Source: Candidatus Ratteibacteria bacterium (lineage in GTDB: Bacteria > Ratteibacteria > UBA8468 > B48-G9 > JAFGKM01). From it: a stretch of 34,674 bases of DNA. Shown in pieces: positions 9,071 to 16,281 of the stretch. The DNA lies in contig JBKBIN010000013.1 of NCBI GenBank assembly GCA_046296715.1, forward strand, positions 1 through 34,674, in the 5' to 3' direction. Position 1 is the stretch's first letter. Every line of letters starts with the position of its first letter. The translations under genes and the position numbers were made by a program. Below the pieces are notes generated by a model that ran no database searches, was not told where the DNA came from, and worked only from the letters and a program-made list of their open reading frames with translations.

Positions 9071-10531
9071 TCAGTATCTCCTCTGATGTCTTTTTAGTAA
9101 GCAAACTAACAAAAATCATAACAAAAACAGAAATCAAAAAGGAATAAAAACTCGGATGAAAAGGAAGAGGTTTTTTAAATTTATAATACCATCCAAAAAT
9201 AAAAGCGAAAATAAAACCGGATATCATTGAACATATTGCTCCATGTTTTGTTGCCCTTTTCCAGTAAAGCCCAAAAAGAATTGATGGAACAAAAGTTGAA
9301 AGCATGACACTATTGCAGTCCATATAAGAAAAGCAAGAAGTTGAGGAGGTTTTATAGCAAGAATAAAACTGATTATAGCAAAAATTGTAATAAATATTCT
9401 ACTTATTGTTGTTACTTTTCTATCATCTGCTTTATTATTTAAAATTTTCTTGTAAAAATCCCATCCACAAGTGCTTCCAATTACAAGTAAAAGTCGGTCA
9501 GTCGTTGACATAACTGCTGCAAGAATAATTACAGCAAAAAAACCTAAAAATCTATTTCCAAAAACATAATTAATACTTGCAAGAAATGCGTCGTCCGGCT
9601 TGGAAATTACAATCTTTCCATCAAAGGCAAGTGTTTTAGCAGCCATACCAGTTATTTTGACAAAAAACATAATTATTAAATAGATTAAAAATACTAAAAG
9701 CGCTGACCACTTAAAATATTTTTTATCTTTTACTGCAATCACATTATTTATTATATGAGGACCAGAAGCAAGTCCAAAAGCCAGTAAGAAAAAAAATGAA
9801 ATTATATATAATGGTGTACAGAAAGCATATGGAGCATAAGGAGGATGAATCTGAGGATAAGCAATTTTTAGATAATTAGGGTCAATTTTCATCAATGTTT
9901 GATTTATATAAGAAAGGCCACCAGTATTTTTTATTATGAAAGGACAAGTTATTAAAACACCTAAAATTATTATTATTCCCTGAAAAAGTGTAGTCCAAGA
10001 AACAGCATAGAGACCTCCAAGAAGAACGTAAACTAAAACTATAATTGTTCCTATGGCTAATGCCTGAATTTGACTTATACCAAGAGCCCATTTTAAAACA
10101 ATTGATATAGCAGTATATTGACCAACAAGATAAATTAAAGAAGTTACAAGAACAACAAAAGAAGAAATAAATCTAACGACAGATTCACTTTCAAATCTAT
10201 AAGATAGATAGTCCTGCAAAGTTAAAAATCCCTTTTTTTTGCATACAATATAAATTTTATAACCATAAATTGTTATAGCGATTGCACATGCTAAAGGAAC
10301 AAAAATTTGCTCCCAAAAACTTGGCCAACCAGCAACAAATCCTAAACCTGCAACTCCAAGAATTGTCATTCCACTTGTTGTAGAACCAAGAATAAGTAAA
10401 ACAAAAAGCCAGAAACCAAGTGTTTTTCCAGCAACAATATAATCAGATGTATTTTTTATCTTTCTACTTGCAATTGCACCTATATAAAGCATAAATGCAA
10501 GATAAACAATAATTATAAAAATTTGCCCCAT
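9036..10531 (-). pseudogene. Sodium:solute symporter (SSS; PutP/PanF/ActP-like) with an apparent 1-nt frameshift near 9310
   Basis: ORF 10531->9224 has SSS motifs (DYIVAGK, YVLLGGLYAVSWT, AAVMSTTD). The typical SSS C-terminus (FVPSILFGLYWKRATKHGAICSMISG...VSLLT) continues in another frame to 9036. Adding one base at GCA-ATA-G(G)T-GTC-ATG gives a single 498-aa ORF. Confidence 0.85.
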
Positions 10532-10542
10532 TTATCCTCCTA

Positions 10543-10641
10543 TTATTTAAATTTTAAAGTCCAGATAAAAAGTAAGAAAATTACAAATAAAGGACAAATT
10601 ACAAAAAAGCAAAAAAAAGTTAAAAATGGAAGCGAAAACAT
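10543..10641 (-). CDS. Unannotated 32-aa hydrophobic small protein upstream of the symporter (MFSLPFLTFFCFFVICPLFVIFLLFIWTLKFK)
   Basis: ATG at 10641 is preceded by AAGGAGAAAGAGGT and the TAA at 10545-10543 is followed immediately by the symporter SD (AGGAGG). It is one TM-length hydrophobic stretch with a basic tail, and fills the intergenic gap. Confidence 0.7.
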   Translation of the reverse strand: MFSLPFLTFFCFFVICPLFVIFLLFIWTLKFK

Positions 10642-10664
10642 ACCTCTTTCTCCTTCTTAATAGA

Positions 10665-11096
10665 TTAAAGTTTTTTTATTTCACTTTCATTTAACAATTT
10701 AAACTTATATTTTTTCAGAATTTTTTCTGCCTTTTTAATATCATCTGGCTTAAAAACAACAATCGCTTTTTTATCTACTTTCTCAACAAAAGCATAAATA
10801 TATTCAACACTTATTCCACCTTCTACAAGATACCCAAGAATTTTTGCAAGGCCACCAGGTTTATCTTCTACTTCAACAGCAATAACATTAGTTTCATTGA
10901 CAGAAAAATTATTATCTTTCAGAACTTTTAATGCTTTTTTTCTATCATTTACAATCAATCTCAAAATTCCGTAATCTGCTTTATCTGCAAGAGATAAAGC
11001 TCTTATATTTATCTTATTTTTTCCCAAAGTTGAAATTACATCATTTAATCTTCCAAGACGGTTTTCTAAAAATATAGAAAGTTGTTTTATTGACAT
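10665..11096 (-). CDS. Tandem ACT-domain protein (paaK-associated type)
   Basis: KQLSIFLENRLGRL, INIRALSLAD..YGILRLIV, VEVEDKPGGLA and VEYIYAF. Abuts the paaK1 stop. Confidence 0.9.
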   Translation of the reverse strand: MSIKQLSIFLENRLGRLNDVISTLGKNKINIRALSLADKADYGILRLIVNDRKKALKVLKDNNFSVNETNVIAVEVEDKPGGLAKILGYLVEGGISVEYIYAFVEKVDKKAIVVFKPDDIKKAEKILKKYKFKLLNESEIKKL

Positions 11097-12410
11097 TTAT
11101 TTATCCTCCTTAAATTCTTTTCTTAAATCAATAACTCTTTTTGCTTTTCCAATACTCCTTTCAATACTTTTCGGTTCAACAAGTTTAACAGAAATAGAAA
11201 TTCCAATAACTCCTTCAATCTCTTTCTCTATCTTCCTCTGCAATTCTTCAAGTTTTTTTACTTCATCTGAAAATGCTTTTTCTGTAACTTCAACCCTTAC
11301 TTCAAGTTTATCAAGATATTTTTCTCTTGATACAACAAGTTGGTAATGTGGAGATACTTCTGGAATTTTCGTTAAAACTGTTTCTATTTGGGATGGAAAA
11401 ACATTTACGCCTCTTATAATTAGCATATCATCAATTCTTCCTTTTATTTTACTTATTCTTGGCATAGTTCTTTTGCAATAAGGGCATTTTGAATATGTGA
11501 TTTTAACTATGTCTCCAGTTCTATATCTTATCATAGGAAGGGCCTCTTTCGTTAAAGTAGTAATAACAAGTTCTCCCTCCTCTCCTTCTTCAAGAACTTC
11601 TCCTGTTTCTGGATTGATTATTTCAGGTAAAAAATGATCAGCCCATACATGAAGACCGTTTTTCCCTTCACATTCTACTGCAACACCAGGACCAATAATT
11701 TCAGAAAGCCCATATATATCAATAGCTATCATATCCCATTCTTCTTCTATTTTTTTTCTCATTCCTTCTGTCCATGGCTCTGCACCTAAAACCCCAATTC
11801 TTATAGAAGTTTTCCTTGGATCTATTCCCATTTGTTTTGCTTCCTCTGCCATATAAAGAGAATATGAAGGTGTACAGGTTAAAACAGTTGTTTTAAAATC
11901 CTGGATAATCATTAATTGTCTCTGTGTTCCTCCTGTTGAAATAGGAATTACTGTAACTCCAAGTTTTAAGGCACCATAATGAACCCCAAGTCCTCCTGTA
12001 AAAAGCCCATAACCATAAGCATTTTGGATAATATCACCTTTTCTAACACCAGCACAGAATAAACTTCTTGCCATAACTTCAGACCAAACCTCAATATCAT
12101 TTTTCGTATAACCAACGACTGTAAGTTTTCCTGTCGTCCCTGACGATGCGTGAATCTCAAGAACATCTTTTAAATCACAAGAAAACATATTAAATGGGTA
12201 ATTATCCCTTAAATCATTTTTTTTAGTAAAAGGTAGATTTTTTAAATCTGAAAGAGAATTGATTTTTTTTATTCCAGTTTTTCTGTATAGGTCTTTATAG
12301 AAAGGAATTTTTTCTTTCGCATAATTAAATATATTCTTTAATCTCTCAAGTTGTAGTTTCTTTAACTCTTTTTCTGATAATGTTTCAATTTTTTTCTGAA
12401 AATATTTCAT
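11097..12410 (-). CDS. paaK: Phenylacetate--CoA ligase family protein (copy 1)
   Basis: [66 protein letters not shown] and [10 protein letters not shown]. Confidence 0.93.
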   Translation of the reverse strand: MKYFQKKIETLSEKELKKLQLERLKNIFNYAKEKIPFYKDLYRKTGIKKINSLSDLKNLPFTKKNDLRDNYPFNMFSCDLKDVLEIHASSGTTGKLTVVGYTKNDIEVWSEVMARSLFCAGVRKGDIIQNAYGYGLFTGGLGVHYGALKLGVTVIPISTGGTQRQLMIIQDFKTTVLTCTPSYSLYMAEEAKQMGIDPRKTSIRIGVLGAEPWTEGMRKKIEEEWDMIAIDIYGLSEIIGPGVAVECEGKNGLHVWADHFLPEIINPETGEVLEEGEEGELVITTLTKEALPMIRYRTGDIVKITYSKCPYCKRTMPRISKIKGRIDDMLIIRGVNVFPSQIETVLTKIPEVSPHYQLVVSREKYLDKLEVRVEVTEKAFSDEVKKLEELQRKIEKEIEGVIGISISVKLVEPKSIERSIGKAKRVIDLRKEFKEDK

Positions 12411-12417
12411 TTAGTCA

Positions 12418-12447
12418 AGTTTATCATGTATAAATTTTTTTTGTCAA
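12418..12447 (-). promoter_or_regulatory. Sigma70-type promoter for the paaK operon, overlapping the queG 3' end
   Basis: Minus strand reads TTGACA (12447-12442), 18-nt spacer, then TAAACT (12423-12418) with a TGn extension, 7 nt before the paaK1 ATG. Confidence 0.7.
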
Positions 12448-13302
12448 GTATTTTAATTTTTTTTCAATAACAGTGCCTTTAAAAATTTCAAAATCAACAT
12501 TTTTAAGATCATCAATTTTTAAGTTTTTCAATATTTCTGGAGTTTTCAATTCTTCTTTATCTGTTTCTTTTAAATTTTGGTTAAATGGACAAACTTCCTG
12601 ACAGATTTCACACCCAAAAATTCTATTACCCTTTTTAATTAGTTCTTTTTCATTTTCTAACAACTCTTTTTTTTCAATTGTTAAATAGGATATACATTTT
12701 CTTGCATCAATAATTCCACTTGTTAAAATTGCACCAGTAGGACAATTTTCAATACATCTTCTGCATTCACCACATTGACTTTCAGTTTCTCTATCAGGTT
12801 CAATCTCTTTATTTATAAAAACTTCTGATAAAAAAATAAAAGAACCAAATTCTTTATTTATTATTAATGAGTTTTTGCCAATAAAACCAATTCCTGATTT
12901 TTTTGCCCAATATTTTTCAGCAACTGCACCTATATCAACAAAAAATCTATACTCAAAATCTCCAATCTCTTTTTTTAAAATTTCTATAAAATTTTTGAGC
13001 ATTTTTTTTATCACAATATGATAATCAATCTTTGTTAAATATCTCGGGAAAATAGATTCTTCTGGAATTTTTGAATAATAATTTAACCCAAGTGTAATTA
13101 TTGTTTTAACTGAAGGAAGTATTTTTTCAGGATTAAATCTTTTTTCAAGATTTCTTTCAAGATAATACAACTGGCCATTATATTTATTTTTCAGATATTC
13201 TAAATAAAAATCAATAAATTCATTTTCAACTTTTTTGCTTTTTGAAAACCCAATTAAATCAAATCCTACTTTTTTACCAATCGCTACTATTTTTTCTTTC
13301 AT
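12424..13302 (-). CDS. queG: Epoxyqueuosine reductase
   Basis: DYH, EKYWA..SGIGFIGKN, FGSFIFL, and 4Fe-4S motifs CGECRRCIENCPTGA, CISYLTIE and FGCEICQEVCPFN. Confidence 0.9.
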   Translation of the reverse strand: MKEKIVAIGKKVGFDLIGFSKSKKVENEFIDFYLEYLKNKYNGQLYYLERNLEKRFNPEKILPSVKTIITLGLNYYSKIPEESIFPRYLTKIDYHIVIKKMLKNFIEILKKEIGDFEYRFFVDIGAVAEKYWAKKSGIGFIGKNSLIINKEFGSFIFLSEVFINKEIEPDRETESQCGECRRCIENCPTGAILTSGIIDARKCISYLTIEKKELLENEKELIKKGNRIFGCEICQEVCPFNQNLKETDKEELKTPEILKNLKIDDLKNVDFEIFKGTVIEKKLKYLTKKIYT

Positions 13303-13303
13303 T

Positions 13304-13331
13304 TTGATTATATCATTTTTAAAATTATAAT
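13304..13331. promoter_or_regulatory. Compact divergent promoter region between queG and gdh
   Basis: Palindromic ATTATAAT (13324-13331) gives TATAAT on both strands. There is also a minus-strand TGaTATAAT at 13315-13307 and a plus-strand TTGATT at 13304-13309. Confidence 0.5.
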
Positions 13332-13354
13332 ATATTTAACTAAAAGGAAAAGCA

Positions 13355-14563
13355 ATGGCGATAGTTTCTCTTGAGAAAATTAAAAAATTTATTGATATTC
13401 CAGTCGCAGCAGAAAAATTACTTGAAAAAAACGAAAAGGAAATATCTTTTTCAGTAAATTTAAAAACAAAAGACAACGAAGTGATTTTCTGTGACTCATA
13501 TGTAGTATATCATAATGTAGTTTTAGGACCTGCTAAGGGTGGAATTAGAATGTCTGAAAATGTAAGTTTAGAAGAAACAAGAAGATTGGCTAAAATTATG
13601 ACATATAAAAATGCATTGACAGAACTGCCATTTGGTGGTGGAAAATCAGGAATAAAAATAGACCCAAAAATTATGGATGAATTCACAAGAATTTCAATAA
13701 TTAAAGAATATGTTCATATGATAAAAGAAGAATTACTTGCAGGAAATTATATTCCTGCTCCAGACCTTGGAACTAACCAATTTGATATGGCAGTAATTTA
13801 TGGAGAATTACATAAACCAGAATGTGTGACTGGAAAACCAGTTAAAATTGGAGGACTTCCTGGAAGACTTGAGGCAACAGGTAGATCTGTTAGTATCACA
13901 ACCAAAATATTTATTGAAGAAATAATGAGGGATAAATTAAAAAATAAAAGAATAGCAATTCAAGGTTTTGGAAATGTTGGAAGTTGGACTGCTTATTTTT
14001 TAAATAAATGGAATGCTAAAATCGTTGCTATTTCAGATATTTCTGGTGGCATTTATAATGAAAACGGAATTAATATTGACAAACTTTTTAAATTTTTTAA
14101 TGATAAAAGTAAAAAGATTTATGATTATCCTGAAGGAGATAAAATCACAAATTCTCAATTACTTGAAATGGATGTAGATATTTTAATACCATGTGCAGTA
14201 GAAAATGTTATAACGAAGGAAAATGCAGAAAATATAAAATCAAAAATAATAATTGAAGGTGCAAATGACCCTATAGATGAAAAAGGAGATGAAATTTTAG
14301 AAAGAAAAGGAATAATAGTTTTACCAGATTTTTTATGCAACTCTGGCGGTGTAATTGCCTCTTATATTGAGTGGAGAAATGGAAAATCTGGAAATCAAAC
14401 AGAAAAAGAAGAAGTATTTGAGGAGATTGATAAAAAAATAAGAAAATGTTTATTTAATGTGCATCAATTGAAAGAAAATCTTAAAATATCTTACAGGGAA
14501 GCAGCAACTTATATAGCAATAAAATTTTTAATTGAAGCAATGCATGAAAGAAGATGGTTGTGA
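13355..14563 (+). CDS. gdhA: Glu/Leu/Phe/Val dehydrogenase, most likely glutamate dehydrogenase
   Basis: GPAKGGIR, MTYK, LPFGGGKSG, PAPDLGT, VTGKP..GG..GR.EATG, IQGFGNVG, EGAN and PDFLCNSGGV. Confidence 0.85.
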   Translation: MAIVSLEKIKKFIDIPVAAEKLLEKNEKEISFSVNLKTKDNEVIFCDSYVVYHNVVLGPAKGGIRMSENVSLEETRRLAKIMTYKNALTELPFGGGKSGIKIDPKIMDEFTRISIIKEYVHMIKEELLAGNYIPAPDLGTNQFDMAVIYGELHKPECVTGKPVKIGGLPGRLEATGRSVSITTKIFIEEIMRDKLKNKRIAIQGFGNVGSWTAYFLNKWNAKIVAISDISGGIYNENGINIDKLFKFFNDKSKKIYDYPEGDKITNSQLLEMDVDILIPCAVENVITKENAENIKSKIIIEGANDPIDEKGDEILERKGIIVLPDFLCNSGGVIASYIEWRNGKSGNQTEKEEVFEEIDKKIRKCLFNVHQLKENLKISYREAATYIAIKFLIEAMHERRWL

Positions 14564-14566
14564 AAT

Positions 14567-14595
14567 TTGACATAAATTTATAAATTGGGTAAAAT
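14567..14595 (+). promoter_or_regulatory. Near-consensus sigma70 promoter for tRNA-Glu
   Basis: TTGACA (14567-14572), 17-nt spacer, TAAAAT (14590-14595), 20 nt upstream of the tRNA. Confidence 0.8.
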
Positions 14596-14615
14596 ATTAT
14601 TTTAGTTATTCGGAA

Positions 14616-14688
14616 GCCCCCATCGACTAGTGGTCCAGGTCACCACTCTTTCAAGGTGGTAGCGCCGGTTCGAGTCCGGCTGGGGGCG
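14616..14688 (+). tRNA. tRNA-Glu (anticodon UUC); CCA not encoded
   Basis: Acceptor stem GCCCCCA/TGGGGGC, D-arm CTAGTGGTCCAGG, anticodon arm CCACT-CTTTCAA-GGTGG, and T-arm GCCGG-TTCGAGT-CCGGC. Confidence 0.96.
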
Positions 14689-14704
14689 TTCTTCTTTTTT
14701 AAAA

Positions 14705-15211
14705 ATGAAAAAAATAATCGCTGTATGTGGAAGTAATAAAGGTGATAAAAATTTAACAAAAGAAGTTATAAAAATTGCAGAAAGGGTTGGTAATTTAATT
14801 GCTGAAAAAGACGGAATACTTATATGTGGAGGACTTGGTGGAATAATGGAAGCAGTTGCAAAAGGAGCAAAAGAAAAAGGAGGAATAACTGTAGGAATTC
14901 TTCCATATGATAAATCAAAAGCGAATAAATATATTGATATTCCAATTGGAACAAATCTTGGTTTTTACAGAAACTATATTATAGTCAATTCTGCTGATGT
15001 TATAATAGGGATATGTGGAAGATGGGGGACTTTAAATGAGATATCAATTGCAATTGCTCTTGGAAAACCAGTAATTTTAATTTCTAATTCAAAAGGAATA
15101 TGTGAATTATTAAGTAAAAAAGAAGTTCTTGAATATTTTGATGAAAAACCATATATTGTAGAAACACCTGAACAGGCAGTAGAACTTGCGTTTAAACTGA
15201 GCAAAAAATGA
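14705..15211 (+). CDS. TIGR00725 family (LOG/SLOG-like) nucleotide-binding protein
   Basis: ICGGLGGIMEAVAKGAKEKGGITVGILP, RNYIIVNSAD and GRWGTLNEI..A...GKPV. Confidence 0.85.
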   Translation: MKKIIAVCGSNKGDKNLTKEVIKIAERVGNLIAEKDGILICGGLGGIMEAVAKGAKEKGGITVGILPYDKSKANKYIDIPIGTNLGFYRNYIIVNSADVIIGICGRWGTLNEISIAIALGKPVILISNSKGICELLSKKEVLEYFDEKPYIVETPEQAVELAFKLSKK

Positions 15212-15218
15212 TATAAAT

Positions 15219-16232
15219 TCAGTTACTAAAAAGTAATGGTAAAAATTCAGAATCTTTAAATTTTTTATCTTTTGCTTTTATATCTCCAAGACGAACTATC
15301 ACAAGTTTGAGAGAAGGAATAATATATAATCTTTGTCCTCCTGCTCCACATGCTGCTACTAAATCTTGAGGAATAAATTTTAAACTTGATAAATTCTCCC
15401 ATCCACTATCATTTACAATTAAATTTGAAACAAGATTTGCATTTTGACGATTAATTTTTCCTATCAACCACCAGGTTAACCCATAAATTGGGTAAACTTC
15501 GCTTCCTTTAAAACATTCTGATAAAATTTTAGAATCAATTATTTTCTTTCCATTTATAGTCCCACCAAGTCGTATAAATTCACCAAATTTTGCCCAATCA
15601 CGACCAGTCATATAAGCACCGCCTGCAACTTGCGGATTACCATCTTTAAATCTTATTTTATATTCAATTTTTATTGATAAAGGGTCTAAAATTCTTCTTT
15701 TTAAGTAACTTTCAAATGTTTCATTTTTCAATTTTAATTGAAAAGCATATGCAAAAATATTATGAGAAACACCACCATATCTAAATTTTTTCCCTGGGAC
15801 TTCTAAAACTGGTATATTTATAAGGTCTTTCCATGTTAAATTAAGTATATTTTTTAAACCAGGATTTAAACCACTTGTTAAATTTAGTAAATGTCTATAA
15901 GTAATCTGAGATTTTAATGGATGATTTTTCCATTCTTCAATGATTCCACATACCTTTTCATCAAGATTTATTATGCCATCTTCAACTCCCGCTACTGCAA
16001 CTATACCAACAAAACTTTTACTACCACTTGCAAGGTGTTGCAATCTATCTGGTGAACCTTTGCCACTATATTTCTCAAAAATAATATTCCCATCATACAT
16101 AACAATTAAACATTCACCATCTCTTTCTTTATGATACTCAAAAGCCTTTTCTATTTTTTCATTTTTCAAAGGAGATTGACCGAAAAGATTAATTACGAAA
16201 AATAAAAAAATTTTAAAGATTAATTTGTTCAT
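15219..16232 (-). CDS. Secreted serine hydrolase of the beta-lactamase class C/CubicO family
   Basis: SxxK motif (LASGSKSF), ITYRHLLNLTSGL, PGKKFRY, RDWAKFG, YGLTWW and GAGGQRLYIIPS. The start is likely 16232 (GGGAGG SD, signal-peptide-like MNKLIFKIFLFFVINLFG) rather than 16259. Confidence 0.8.
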   Translation of the reverse strand: MNKLIFKIFLFFVINLFGQSPLKNEKIEKAFEYHKERDGECLIVMYDGNIIFEKYSGKGSPDRLQHLASGSKSFVGIVAVAGVEDGIINLDEKVCGIIEEWKNHPLKSQITYRHLLNLTSGLNPGLKNILNLTWKDLINIPVLEVPGKKFRYGGVSHNIFAYAFQLKLKNETFESYLKRRILDPLSIKIEYKIRFKDGNPQVAGGAYMTGRDWAKFGEFIRLGGTINGKKIIDSKILSECFKGSEVYPIYGLTWWLIGKINRQNANLVSNLIVNDSGWENLSSLKFIPQDLVAACGAGGQRLYIIPSLKLVIVRLGDIKAKDKKFKDSEFLPLLFSN

Positions 16233-16281
16233 TTTGCCTCCCTTTTTTAATTTAGACATAAATTGTTTAAAGAGTTTTAGT

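Noticed and set aside
9036..9323. ORF 9036..9323 as an independent gene
   Set aside because: It is the frameshifted C-terminus of the symporter and has no SD.
9300..9323. Programmed ribosomal frameshift or phase variation in the symporter
   Set aside because: No slippery heptamer, long homopolymer or obvious downstream structure at the site.
7600..12166. Small ORFs inside the paaK operon (7600..7830, 7740..7937, 7934..8146, 8516..8764, 9882..10091, 11966..12166)
   Set aside because: They overlap well-supported genes in other frames or on the other strand and have no recognisable features.
15219..16232. True AmpC beta-lactamase resistance gene
   Set aside because: It has SxxK but lacks clear AmpC YxN and KTG motifs, so it fits the broader esterase/serine hydrolase family.
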